From IMG/VR virus record IMGVR_UViG_3300030106_005234: a stretch of 20,000 nt of DNA. One strand, 5' to 3'. Positions 1 through 8,157 of this stretch are shown one piece after another (position 1 is the stretch's first letter; each line of letters opens with the position of its first letter). The notes under the pieces were generated by a model. It saw nothing but the letters and a program-made list of their open reading frames with translations, had not been told where the DNA came from and searched no databases. The DNA is from an uncultured virus (IMG/VR IMGVR_UViG_3300030106_005234). Its lineage: Duplodnaviria; Heunggongvirae; Uroviricota; Caudoviricetes. The translations under genes were made by a program, and so were the position numbers.

Positions 1-175
1 TTCGAGGTTCACACCATGCGGTTATTTCGACTTGGCTTTTTCTGTTTTTGTGGGGCTGTGCCACCTCCTTAGCGTAATCGTTACATATCTTTACGGATGC
101 GAATAACGGCTCATCGCCTCGGTTGACGATAAGCACGCCATCGACCATGACCATCAATGCAAATGCGAGTGTCAT
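1..175 (-). CDS. Hypothetical phage protein, partial (runs off the left edge)
   Basis: ATG at 175-173 overlaps the TGA of the upstream ORF (ATGA coupling). Frame is open to position 1: MTLAFALMVMVDGVLIVNRGDEPLFASVKICNDYAKEVAQ...WCEPR. Confidence 0.65.
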   Translation of the reverse strand, partial: MTLAFALMVMVDGVLIVNRGDEPLFASVKICNDYAKEVAQPHKNRKSQVEITAWCEPR

Positions 176-384
176 ACATAGACATCGTGGGTACTTTGTG
201 ACAATCCAATGTTGCTGACCTTCAATTGAGAGCCTTGCAACTCGTACAGCGTAGCTTCTTGCACCTGGGTAACGCGCTTAACTGGCTTGCCACTAGATGC
301 AGAAATTAGTTCTTCAATTTTATTATTGGCCACCTGCTTCCATGCGACGGCAGGAGGTTGAGACACGGGATCAATCGTAGCCAT
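172..384 (-). CDS. Hypothetical phage protein (70 aa)
   Basis: ORF tightly packed in the minus-strand operon, with a GGAG RBS upstream. No recognisable family. Confidence 0.65.
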   Translation of the reverse strand: MATIDPVSQPPAVAWKQVANNKIEELISASSGKPVKRVTQVQEATLYELQGSQLKVSNIGLSQSTHDVYV

Positions 385-387
385 ACC

Positions 388-597
388 TCACTCCATAAAT
401 CGTAGTGCCTGGGGAACTAACACCGTGAAAAACAATGCAATGTAAATGCCCCACAACATATGTTCAATTTTATCGAATCGCTTAGAACCACGTTCCAGAC
501 TGTTTTCAATAGCTTTGTAACGCAGAACACATTCTCGCTCATGCGCTCTAATTTCAGTTAGCGCCTCTTGGCCTGTGTCACTCATACTGTCAGCCAT
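388..597 (-). CDS. Small membrane protein with coiled-coil and C-terminal TM helix (hemolysin XhlA-like / possible lysis accessory)
   Basis: AHERECVLRYKAIENSLERGSKRFDKIE followed by hydrophobic MLWGIYIALFFTVLVP. This is a common small gene type downstream of tail fibres. The start may be the second Met. Confidence 0.6.
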   Translation of the reverse strand: MADSMSDTGQEALTEIRAHERECVLRYKAIENSLERGSKRFDKIEHMLWGIYIALFFTVLVPQALRFME

Positions 598-793
598 TTA
601 CGACTTCAACAATATTTTCTTTGTCTTCCTCAACAGTTTCTTTTTTAACGGCAGCTTCTTCAGGCTCAACTATTTGGGCATCAGCTTGCGCCTTGATTTT
701 GAGAATCACAGACCAAGCGCCGGTCTTACTAGGTAGCTCGCCCAGTACGTTAAGAATAAAATTTAACTCTTCTTTCTCAAGATTGATGTTCAT
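590..793 (-). CDS. Hypothetical protein, tail-associated (67 aa)
   Basis: Strong AGGAG RBS upstream of ATG 793. The LNFILNVLGELPSK...ILKIKAQADAQ pattern is typical of small genes following phage tail fibres. Confidence 0.75.
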   Translation of the reverse strand: MNINLEKEELNFILNVLGELPSKTGAWSVILKIKAQADAQIVEPEEAAVKKETVEEDKENIVEVVNG

Positions 794-818
794 ATTTTTT
801 CTCTCCTATGGTTTTGCT

Positions 819-1166
819 TTAAGTCCAAGGTACGCCTTTTGCATTTGACCCTGCGCTGTCAATTTGTCCTTGCACCTTTGCTGTTCTGTCAGTCTCAATG
901 CGAGCCTTTGCCTCATTAGCTGTTTCATCATCCTCAACAAGACTGGCATAAACCCAGCCAAGTACGTCAGACTCTTTTAAGTCCTTGTAAGCGATGAAAT
1001 CTGAAGCTGAAGGATCAGGTGTAACCCACAACTTACCGCTTTCTTGGGCGCTAAACGTGGGGTTGCCATCATTTTTAGCGGTCAGGCTCCAATATATTAA
1101 GGTAACGCCACCATCAGCGGTGTTACGCATCATGTCGTCAACTGACCACGTTGTGTTTATTGCCAT
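819..1166 (-). CDS. Tail-fibre-associated protein (putative assembly/chaperone-type, 115 aa)
   Basis: AGGAG RBS. TWSV...DFIAYKDLKESDVLGWV...GVPW pattern. Lies directly downstream of the tail fibre gene. Confidence 0.75.
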   Translation of the reverse strand: MAINTTWSVDDMMRNTADGGVTLIYWSLTAKNDGNPTFSAQESGKLWVTPDPSASDFIAYKDLKESDVLGWVYASLVEDDETANEAKARIETDRTAKVQGQIDSAGSNAKGVPWT

Positions 1167-1175
1167 TTTTATCTC

Positions 1176-4100
1176 CTAATTTTCTAAAGTTGCAATTCTG
1201 GATTCTAAGTTTTCAATTTTTGCAATTGACTCTTGAAGCGCAGCCGTTAGCAACGGTACATATTTGGCATATTCAATTTGCTGATACACAGGATTGCCTT
1301 CATCGTCTACCGCATTGGCCTCTCCTTTTACGGCTTCTGGCACAATTCCGTCTGCTTCATCAGCAATAAATCCTTCAGCGGCAAAACTTGTTCCAACCCA
1401 TTTATAACTTCGTGGCTTTAGTTGTTTTAGTCGAGTAATTCCATCGTCAATGTCAACAATGTTGTCTTTTAGCCTTCGGTCTGACGACGTGTTGTATTCG
1501 ACTTGCGTACCAGCCGCGTTTAATTGCAGCGTTGCTAAAGCTCCACCATTAACGTACCACGCAATGTAACGGCGGTCGTCGCCGGACGTGTATGCGTATT
1601 TGTTCGCGTACATCATTGACCAGCCGTTGTCCGCATTATTACTTAGCATGAAGGTGCCATATGCCGACCCGTCATCTATTCGATACGCCAGTTGCCCAGC
1701 ACCTGACGTCTGCGTGTAAGGCGTTGCGCTAGTTCCGCCGGAATGCAAAACACCGGCATTCTGACCTGCATCTACGAAAAAAGCGTGCGTGGTTGATCCG
1801 CTTTCGACCCTAAAATCTACTCCAGTCGCTGATGATTCGTTGACAACAATCTCAGCACGTTTCACTTGAAAAATTGAAGAGTTATCGTCGCGCACACTCA
1901 GGATGTAATTCGGCGGTGTTCCATCGGCATCGATGATGCAGACGTTACCGTCTGTATGACCAACTACGTGAAGTGGCACACCGGGGGTTGTCGTGCCTAT
2001 TCCCACATCACCACCAGAATCAATACGCATATGCTCCGCATTATTAGTGCGGAAGGACATAAAGTTATCTGTGTGATCGTAAATCAAAAGACCTATGTTT
2101 GAGTCACCCTCATCTTGAAAGTTTATTGCCGACAGTCCTGATGAGTTTCCAATCAGCCTCAACCTTGCGTCACCGCCAGAATTAGTCGACTCAAGACTTA
2201 TTTCTGCATCGGCCGAGGTTGATTTTATGTGTAATAAGTCGTTAGGTGCCGTAGTGCCTATGCCAACGTTTCCAGTCGGCCCATCAATTGTAAACAACCC
2301 GAGCGTGTAATTAGACGTAGACTCTGCGTGTGAAGTAGTTGATTGACGGCTTATCGTGAAATGATCCGAATCGTTGTAGGGATTTCCGGCGAACCACTCC
2401 AAATCTGTATCTTGGTTAAAGTAAAACGAACCAATACCGCGACCATTGCCGTTGCTCTCAAAAATCAAGCGGCTATGCGTAAAGCCAGATCCCCCGTCTG
2501 CACCAATGTGGATGGTACTGTCCACGTCCAACACATAAGCAGGTGCTGTCGTGCCTATTCCCACAGTTCCGTTGTCAGCAAGTGTCAATCTCGTACCAGT
2601 GCCACCGCCTTCATCCCAATTATCAATAAACTCAAGTTTTCCACCGTCAGCTTTGATGTCCCAATAATTATTGAGCGTGTCACTTGAACCAGATTCTGCA
2701 AGACGTAGCGTTGCGTTGCCGCTTGCGCTAGATGTCTCTGTGTCTCTTATGGTTAGTACTGGGTCGGCATCGCGGATTTCAAAAACAGTGTCTGGCGTAC
2801 TGGTATTAATGCCGACACGGTTAGTGGAAGCATCAACGAAGAACATATTGGCTTGACCATCCGATTCGACACGGAAATCAACACTTTTGGAATCCTCATT
2901 GATAACAGTTTCAGTACTATCTATTCCAATACGCTCAACCATATTGCCATCGAGTTTAGTTTCTATCCGTAGTTGACCGTCTTCTGAACCGTCAGTTGGG
3001 TCACTAATTATCGAATCAATATGAGCATATGCTGTTTCGGTACCACCAGCATCTTCTGCTAAGAATCTAATTCTTCCAGTGAAATCACCCGCAGTGGGGC
3101 TTGCTGAGTTTCTAAACAAATCAAGACGCGGCCCAATGGAGCCGTCATCATCTGTAGATATAAGCCTGACTTGGGTTAAATTATCCGCAGTGGTAAATGT
3201 TGCTGTTGTTCCAATAATTCCTGCGTTAAAAGTAGCTTCACCTGCTGCACTTGTATCCAGCGTGAGCATGTTGACACTTGAACCCCCATCGTTTCCGCGC
3301 AGGATAATGTCGCTATCTTGTTTGGCGGCTTGAATGTAGTTGGCCGAACCATCGTGGTAGATAAGAAAGTCTGCATCTGCACCCAACTGAACTTGTTTAG
3401 AATCTCCAAGTGCTATGTGACTATTGAAAATAGCCTTACCTTCTGCTGACATATCTAAGGTAAGAGCGGTAATAGTTGAACCACCATCATTACCTTTGAA
3501 GACAATATCACCGTTTGAAATACTTGAGTGAATGTTCAGACTATTGCTTAATAAATTAAATTTTCCATACTCCGAACCTGAAACTTGTAAACTTATATCA
3601 GCGCCACCTGCGTCTAAATTGATATCACCAGCAACATCCAGCGTTAAATCGCCAGAGGATAGATCAATCTCCGTGCCATCAATCGTGATGTTGTCTACTA
3701 CCACGCCAGCATTAGCAGTTAAAACACCAGTCACTCCTAGTGTCTCGCCTATGGTGGCTAAACCAGAAACTGTAAGATCATCGCCAACTGTCAGATCGTC
3801 ATCGATAAACAGATCAGGAACTGACAAATCTTGGAACGCATCGACCATCGCTGCGCCAGATCCTGCACCGTCACTGTAGATGGCTTTGGTCTGACCATTG
3901 GCAATAGTGACACTCGCACCAGAGCCTTGGCTGATGATGATGCTCTGTGAACCGCTAGTTGCATTCTCTATGAACCACAACTTACTGACGGTATTAGGAC
4001 CGATGGTTATGGTGCAAGTCGAGTCTAGGGTGCCTGTGTATTTCAGAAACAAAGAACGACCGGGATCGGTGAGACCCTCGGCAATCGTAGTGCCATGAGT

Positions 4101-4247
4101 GTCTGCGTTTGTGGCAATCGCTTCGGTGCCAAAGGAAAATGCCTCACCTATCAACTCAAGGTTCGTGTTCGTAGTGGTTCCCCACGTGCCGGAACCTTCT
4201 CCGGTGGCCAACTCGGTCAAAACGAGATCGTTTGTGTAAACTGCCAT
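1176..4247 (-). CDS. Long tail fibre / tail spike protein with C-terminal intramolecular chaperone (peptidase S74-like) domain
   Basis: 1023 aa, Gly/Thr/Ser/Asp-rich. N-terminal anchor motif GEGSGTWGTTTNTNLELI; repeated VGIGTTxP beta-motifs; C-terminal SSDRRLKDNI...LKQLKPRSYKW...GFIADE...YAKYVPLLTAALQE followed by a coiled coil. Confidence 0.9.
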   Translation of the reverse strand: MAVYTNDLVLTELATGEGSGTWGTTTNTNLELIGEAFSFGTEAIATNADTHGTTIAEGLTDPGRSLFLKYTGTLDSTCTITIGPNTVSKLWFIENATSGSQSIIISQGSGASVTIANGQTKAIYSDGAGSGAAMVDAFQDLSVPDLFIDDDLTVGDDLTVSGLATIGETLGVTGVLTANAGVVVDNITIDGTEIDLSSGDLTLDVAGDINLDAGGADISLQVSGSEYGKFNLLSNSLNIHSSISNGDIVFKGNDGGSTITALTLDMSAEGKAIFNSHIALGDSKQVQLGADADFLIYHDGSANYIQAAKQDSDIILRGNDGGSSVNMLTLDTSAAGEATFNAGIIGTTATFTTADNLTQVRLISTDDDGSIGPRLDLFRNSASPTAGDFTGRIRFLAEDAGGTETAYAHIDSIISDPTDGSEDGQLRIETKLDGNMVERIGIDSTETVINEDSKSVDFRVESDGQANMFFVDASTNRVGINTSTPDTVFEIRDADPVLTIRDTETSSASGNATLRLAESGSSDTLNNYWDIKADGGKLEFIDNWDEGGGTGTRLTLADNGTVGIGTTAPAYVLDVDSTIHIGADGGSGFTHSRLIFESNGNGRGIGSFYFNQDTDLEWFAGNPYNDSDHFTISRQSTTSHAESTSNYTLGLFTIDGPTGNVGIGTTAPNDLLHIKSTSADAEISLESTNSGGDARLRLIGNSSGLSAINFQDEGDSNIGLLIYDHTDNFMSFRTNNAEHMRIDSGGDVGIGTTTPGVPLHVVGHTDGNVCIIDADGTPPNYILSVRDDNSSIFQVKRAEIVVNESSATGVDFRVESGSTTHAFFVDAGQNAGVLHSGGTSATPYTQTSGAGQLAYRIDDGSAYGTFMLSNNADNGWSMMYANKYAYTSGDDRRYIAWYVNGGALATLQLNAAGTQVEYNTSSDRRLKDNIVDIDDGITRLKQLKPRSYKWVGTSFAAEGFIADEADGIVPEAVKGEANAVDDEGNPVYQQIEYAKYVPLLTAALQESIAKIENLESRIATLEN

Positions 4248-4261
4248 TTTTTGTCCTCGCG

Positions 4262-4918
4262 TTACGCGGCTGAGCGCCCTGCATCAAGTTCGGTATAGCC
4301 GGGCGACTGACTGGTGCTGATTTCCGAGAAACTGGGCGTCTGACTGTCATTCACAGTTGAAAAACTTGGCGACTGACTGGTGCTCACCGCAGAAAAGCTC
4401 GGGGTCTGGCTATCGTTAATCGTAGCATAGTCTGGAGTTTGCCCTGTATCAATCTGGCCGTAGACGTTCGTTGTGCCGACCGCAGCGGTGATTTCGACCC
4501 CTGGCAGTTGCACAACTGCGCCAGCAACCGCTTGCGCTGCGCCGATATCCGTTGTGATCTGTTGTCCATCGACCGCAATGTTGTTGAAACCGCGTGTGGT
4601 GACAGAGCCAACGCCTGCCGAGGCTGCAACGCCTGCGGGAGACGCAGTAGCCTTGGCCACCGTGGTGACAGATCCAACCGCAGCCGTTGCGCTGACGCCT
4701 GTGCTGATTTGCGTGATCGCTTTTGCAACGATCTGGATGGCGCCGGTAGATGCGGTAGCTGCCTGCCCCGTAGGTACGACATTGGCTTTGGCAACAACCG
4801 ATACTGAGCCAACTGATAGGGTGGCGCCGAGACCTGTAGGCTCGACGGGCAGAGAGGTGCCCCATGCGCCCTCACCCCATGTGCCTCGGCCCCATCCTGT
4901 AAGCGTTTCGTCGGACAT
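4262..4918 (-). CDS. Virion structural protein (Ala/Val/Thr/Gly-rich, tail-associated, 218 aa)
   Basis: N-terminal GWGRGTWGEGAWG motif, internal PTGxxATxxVGxV repeats and a C-terminal 11-aa tandem repeat. Immediately upstream of the tail fibre gene. Confidence 0.8.
   Translation of the reverse strand: MSDETLTGWGRGTWGEGAWGTSLPVEPTGLGATLSVGSVSVVAKANVVPTGQAATASTGAIQIVAKAITQISTGVSATAAVGSVTTVAKATASPAGVAASAGVGSVTTRGFNNIAVDGQQITTDIGAAQAVAGAVVQLPGVEITAAVGTTNVYGQIDTGQTPDYATINDSQTPSFSAVSTSQSPSFSTVNDSQTPSFSEISTSQSPGYTELDAGRSAA
4295..4455 (-). repeat. Coding tandem repeat, about five 33-bp (11-aa) units
   Basis: QIDTGQTPDYA / TINDSQTPSFS / AVSTSQSPSFS / TVNDSQTPSFS / EISTSQSPGYT. The DNA GGGCGACTGACTGGTGCT-like unit recurs at 66-bp spacing. 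Confidence 0.8.
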
Positions 4919-5053
4919 TTAGTCGCTTTGGGCGCTTTTCAGATTTTGAACAGCGCGGGTCATGATGTCCCGTACCGAATCCGTCATGAAATCCGTGGCG
5001 AGTGAGTCCTCAAGGATGCGGATGGTTTCAGCAATTTTTTCTTTGGCCGTCAT
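4919..5053 (-). CDS. Small hypothetical protein (44 aa), not in the ORF track
   Basis: MTAKEKIAETIRILEDSLATDFMTDSVRDIMTRAVQNLKSAQSD*. AGGAG RBS upstream; its stop abuts the ATG of the 218-aa gene. Confidence 0.7.
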   Translation of the reverse strand: MTAKEKIAETIRILEDSLATDFMTDSVRDIMTRAVQNLKSAQSD

Positions 5054-5054
5054 C

Positions 5055-5104
5055 GGTGGCTCCTGTTGAAGCCACCATCATATCCGTCAGGCTGCGCTGG
5101 GCAA
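5055..5104 (-). promoter_or_regulatory. Candidate sigma70 promoter followed by an RBS-sequestering hairpin
   Basis: Minus strand TTGCCC-16 bp-TATGAT, then GGTGGCT-TCAACAGG-AGCCACC (7-bp stem) overlapping the AGGAG of the 44-aa ORF. Confidence 0.45.
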
Positions 5105-5878
5105 ACCCTGAAATTTGCGCTTCAAGATTCGCTGCACTTTTGAGTGCGTGAGCGGCGGGATGTCGTGCAAGCTGTTGACTTGGTTTGCGATTTTGCGAGG
5201 GCCGAGACCGCGCTTGTTGAGACGGTAGATTGTTTTGAGCACCGCCTGCTCTTCTGGCACCTCTTCAAGATACTTGCGCGTCTTGCTGCCAGTCTTGTGC
5301 TCGACGTGGCGGTAGCCATACGGAGCTGAGCCACCAATGGCGTAGCCGCGAGATGCCCAGTCGAGTTTGCCGGCGGCAAAGCGATCCTTGATCGTCGCGT
5401 GCTCGATCTCGGCAACCGCCGACAACACCATCAGCATGATCTGGTTCGCCATGTGGTTCATATCAAATTTAGCATCCAAGCCCTTGGTGCGTGCGGCATC
5501 TGGATAGACAATCGGCATCTCGCCAAACTGCTCACAGAAAAACAGGGTGATCCCAATCTCTTGCAACTTGGGAATCAAGGCAAGCAGGTCGGAGCTGGAG
5601 CGTGACAGTCGGTCGAGCCGGGTGCAAACCACCACATCGTGCTCGTCAATCACGTCAGTCATGTCTCGACTGGCAGGACGATCCAGCACCGCGTGAGTAC
5701 CAGAGACGCCCTCGTCCGCGAAGAACTGATCAACCTCGCGATTGTATTTCTCATGCACAAATTCGCTGATCTGCTGCATCTGCGTTTCGAGCGAGATGCC
5801 CGACTTTACCTGCTCGTCTGTGGACACACGCACATATCCGTAGATGTTGTTGATCTGCCGTAATGGGTTGCCGCTCAT
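5087..5878 (-). CDS. Serine recombinase (resolvase/invertase catalytic domain plus short C-terminal recombinase-type DNA-binding region)
   Basis: YGYVRVSTDEQ (catalytic Ser), DEGVSG...RP, VVCTRLDRLSRS, AVAEIE...IKDR, GGSAPYGY and a KIANQVN helix. The likely start is ATG 5878, coupled to the upstream stop (263 aa). Confidence 0.92.
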   Translation of the reverse strand: MSGNPLRQINNIYGYVRVSTDEQVKSGISLETQMQQISEFVHEKYNREVDQFFADEGVSGTHAVLDRPASRDMTDVIDEHDVVVCTRLDRLSRSSSDLLALIPKLQEIGITLFFCEQFGEMPIVYPDAARTKGLDAKFDMNHMANQIMLMVLSAVAEIEHATIKDRFAAGKLDWASRGYAIGGSAPYGYRHVEHKTGSKTRKYLEEVPEEQAVLKTIYRLNKRGLGPRKIANQVNSLHDIPPLTHSKVQRILKRKFQGLPSAA

Positions 5879-6153
5879 TACTCGACCCTCCACATACGAA
5901 TTGCGCCTTTGTCCTCGCTTGTTCTTTGAGCTATCTTCACCCCTTGTTTTCTAGCCATTGCCTTGAAAACATTGCCCTCTTTCGAGTATCGCTGTGCTTT
6001 GTTGCCCTCGCCCCATATTGTGTCCACAGCAAACTCGACGCTATCTCCAATCTCCATAACATTCAAAACGTCCTGAAACTCTTGGTGTCTTGGGGTTCGC
6101 ATGTGGCTTCGGTTTTCGGGCATCGGTATGCCTTTATCAATCTTCAACATCAC
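5878..6153 (-). CDS. Small phage protein of the KIDKGIPMP type (possible DNA-binding protein)
   Basis: N-terminal KIDKGIPMP, middle MEIGDSVEF and C-terminal IRMWRVE. This is a recurrent small phage protein pattern. GGAG RBS. Confidence 0.75.
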   Translation of the reverse strand: MMLKIDKGIPMPENRSHMRTPRHQEFQDVLNVMEIGDSVEFAVDTIWGEGNKAQRYSKEGNVFKAMARKQGVKIAQRTSEDKGAIRMWRVE

Positions 6154-6383
6154 TTCACTCCACCTTTGTAGCCGTAATCGGCCATCTCTTCGTGCAGCCG
6201 CTGCCAGTTGATATCCAGCGGCATGTTGTCGGTGCTGCGGTCAGCGAACATCACCTGACCATCCTTGACCAGCTCCACGCCAAACACTGCCTTAGGCATC
6301 CCATCGTACCGAATGTCGATGTCGTGCTTGAGGCAGGTGCGGCGCACCCGGTTATAGAAAATCTTCTTTTCCTGTGCAGTCAT
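6150..6383 (-). CDS. Hypothetical protein (77 aa)
   Basis: GGAGG RBS; translationally coupled to both neighbours. Confidence 0.75.
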   Translation of the reverse strand: MTAQEKKIFYNRVRRTCLKHDIDIRYDGMPKAVFGVELVKDGQVMFADRSTDNMPLDINWQRLHEEMADYGYKGGVK

Positions 6384-6661
6384 TACCCTGCCTCCTTCTG
6401 TAAAAATTCGTCGTAGATCTCCTTCACCGCATCGGTTGCGCCAAGCTCGCGAGCTTGCTGTGCAAGATATTTGCCCACCTCTGTGATCTTGAAAGCCTTA
6501 TAAGTGAAGCTCCACAGCTCCTCTTCCGTCATCACTGCGCCGCGCCGAAATAGCTCAGGCAAAACCATTGCCTCGATGGGGGTCAGGTTGTGTTTGAGGG
6601 CAAACTTGTTCAGGTCGGCCATGAATAATTGCTCGTTAGAAGTTTTTTCGTCTTTGGTCAT
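6383..6661 (-). CDS. Hypothetical protein (about 92 aa; start reassigned to MTKDEK)
   Basis: The ORF-track start at 6769 runs through the divergent promoters. ATG 6661 follows a GAGAGA RBS just downstream of the leftward promoter. Confidence 0.7.
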   Translation of the reverse strand: MTKDEKTSNEQLFMADLNKFALKHNLTPIEAMVLPELFRRGAVMTEEELWSFTYKAFKITEVGKYLAQQARELGATDAVKEIYDEFLQKEAG

Positions 6662-6688
6662 CACTTGATCTCTCAACAGGAAAATCAA

Positions 6689-6717
6689 AGAATACCGCAT
6701 CGCGTGTCGATGTGCAA
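6689..6717 (-). promoter_or_regulatory. Leftward sigma70-type promoter with GACACG spacer motif
   Basis: TTGCAC-atcGACACGcgatgcgg (17 bp)-TATTCT, followed by a hairpin TTGATTTT...GAGATCAA. Confidence 0.7.
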
Positions 6718-6750
6718 GTGTTAATTCAACATGCACATAAATATGGAGCT

Positions 6751-6779
6751 TTGCATATGGACACGGCATGTGTTAAAAT
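6751..6779 (+). promoter_or_regulatory. Rightward sigma70-type promoter with GACACG spacer motif
   Basis: TTGCAT-atgGACACGgcatgtgt (17 bp)-TAAAAT, followed by hairpin TTTGTG-CGTCAC-CACAAA and an AAGGAG RBS. Confidence 0.75.
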
Positions 6780-6808
6780 GTTTGTGCGTCACCACAAAGG
6801 AGAACGTG

Positions 6809-7006
6809 ATGAAGACCGAAATAAAAAACCCCACCAAGCGCAAAATTCGCAAACGAGGGTTTACACCGATACGCTATTATCATGACTCTGGCATCCACCA
6901 CGGGTGGATCTACAAAGTTGGCACAAAATACAGCCACGCTCGCTTCCCGAGTTTGGGCAACGTGCGAATTAGCAAAGATGACATGCGTTTTGTGAGGGAG
7001 CTGTAA
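6809..7006 (+). CDS. Basic hypothetical protein (65 aa; start reassigned to MKTEIK)
   Basis: AAGGAG at 6797-6802 precedes ATG 6809. The stop overlaps the next ATG (TAATG). Confidence 0.75.
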   Translation: MKTEIKNPTKRKIRKRGFTPIRYYHDSGIHHGWIYKVGTKYSHARFPSLGNVRISKDDMRFVREL

Positions 7007-7512
7007 TGACTATACGTTCAAAGCGCGGCCCCAACGTGACACCCGACGAGCACAAGCTCGTTGTGAAGTTTGCAAAGCAGTGCCTGAAAGAAATCTGCAA
7101 GAAACAATATGAGATCGAGTATCAAGGCAAGCCTGTCGTATACGCCGAGGCTCTCAAGCGGATTCACGTACGGACCAAGTATCGTAATCAACGCAGCTAC
7201 GGCTCCTACGATCACATCTCTATCGATATGAAACGCTATCGACGGAGCCTTACCTCATTCACTGAGTACCGCTCGTTTGCTGATGATCCTGTTATAGGCA
7301 CCATCAGCAACTGCGATGACCGCGAGCTTCTGCTGAAGTGCTTGGTCGCTCATGAGGTGGCGCACCACATTCAAATGCGGTACGGCCTTTTTACTCGTTA
7401 TCTCAAAAAGACATATCGCAAGCCGCATGGCGATGCGTTCAAGACGATCTATCGTGAGTTGCGGCGCACATTGGTCAACCCTTACATCGAACCAATGCAG
7501 GAGGTGGCGTGA
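7006..7512 (+). CDS. SprT-like zinc metallopeptidase-domain protein
   Basis: LVAHEVAHHIQ (HExxH) followed by KPHGDAFKTIY (HGxxF), the SprT-like signature. Confidence 0.75.
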   Translation: MTIRSKRGPNVTPDEHKLVVKFAKQCLKEICKKQYEIEYQGKPVVYAEALKRIHVRTKYRNQRSYGSYDHISIDMKRYRRSLTSFTEYRSFADDPVIGTISNCDDRELLLKCLVAHEVAHHIQMRYGLFTRYLKKTYRKPHGDAFKTIYRELRRTLVNPYIEPMQEVA

Positions 7513-7625
7513 TGACCCTGCTGAAAACACAATACGTTCAGTTCACCAACGAAGAGATCGAGATGCTGTCTACGCTTATGCGTAGCAGCTCCGACGTTTA
7601 TGGAGGATCAAGATGGAAAAGCTGA
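7512..7625 (+). CDS. Possible small ORF (37 aa)
   Basis: GGAGG RBS and TGATG coupling. MTLLKTQYVQFTNEEIEMLSTLMRSSSDVYGGSRWKS* fills the gap between flanking genes. Confidence 0.45.
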   Translation: MTLLKTQYVQFTNEEIEMLSTLMRSSSDVYGGSRWKS

Positions 7626-7828
7626 TTAAGCTGCTGCGAAACCACGACTGGTATTACCAGTATTCAGATGACCCCGGCGTGTGGCAGCGTGGGACGAAAC
7701 AACGGGCCGAGATCAACGCCGAGGCTAAGCGCCTTGGCAGGCCGGAGCTGGTCGAACAAGCGTTCGAGGAATACAAGGCTGGGGATCTTGATTGGTGGCT
7801 GGCCGAGCTAGAAGAAATCCATGGATAA
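7613..7828 (+). CDS. Hypothetical phage protein (HDWYYQYSDD motif, 71 aa)
   Basis: GGAGG RBS. LRNHDWYYQYSDDPGVWQRG is a recurrent small phage protein motif. Confidence 0.8.
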   Translation: MEKLIKLLRNHDWYYQYSDDPGVWQRGTKQRAEINAEAKRLGRPELVEQAFEEYKAGDLDWWLAELEEIHG

Positions 7829-8012
7829 GTATTTTTCATCGCTCGACCAAGCCGCTATTCTCATGGTCCATGAAATTGACTCACCAAAGGCGCAGAAATT
7901 GTTTCGGCACGTTCTGCAACTAGAGCATGACGCTGGACCTGAAGCCGACCACATCATCCGCACTTGGAAGCGAGAACGAGGGTTCGATGAAGAATCTAAC
8001 GATCACGTTTGA
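7821..8012 (+). CDS. Hypothetical protein (63 aa)
   Basis: Overlaps the upstream gene end in a packed operon. Confidence 0.65.
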   Translation: MDKYFSSLDQAAILMVHEIDSPKAQKLFRHVLQLEHDAGPEADHIIRTWKRERGFDEESNDHV

Positions 8013-8157
8013 GACTTATGTCCGCGACATTCACGACATGGATGAGCTGCATGACTTGATCCAAGATTTGATGGATCAATTTGTGTACGAGGACGACCAG
8101 GTTACGGTGAAGATTACTGCTGAAATTGCGGCCAACCTTACAGCGCCACATCCATAG
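7987..8157 (+). CDS. Acidic hypothetical protein (56 aa; start MKNLTITF)
   Basis: GAGGG RBS before ATG 7987. Ends convergently, overlapping the 3' end of the large minus-strand gene. Confidence 0.6.
   Translation: MKNLTITFETYVRDIHDMDELHDLIQDLMDQFVYEDDQVTVKITAEIAANLTAPHP

Noticed and set aside
5087..5878. IS607-family transposon
   Set aside because: No N-terminal MerR-like HTH and no tnpB. The gene is translationally coupled within a phage operon.
1176..5878. Diversity-generating retroelement or Gin/Cin-type invertible tail fibre segment
   Set aside because: No reverse transcriptase, no TR/VR pair, no second inverted fibre tip and no inverted recombination sites were seen in this window.
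7664..7706. Second hammerhead-like string (CAGATGA...GAAAC)
   Set aside because: The core reads CAGAUGA rather than CUGAUGA, stems I and III do not form convincingly, and it lies inside a coding region.
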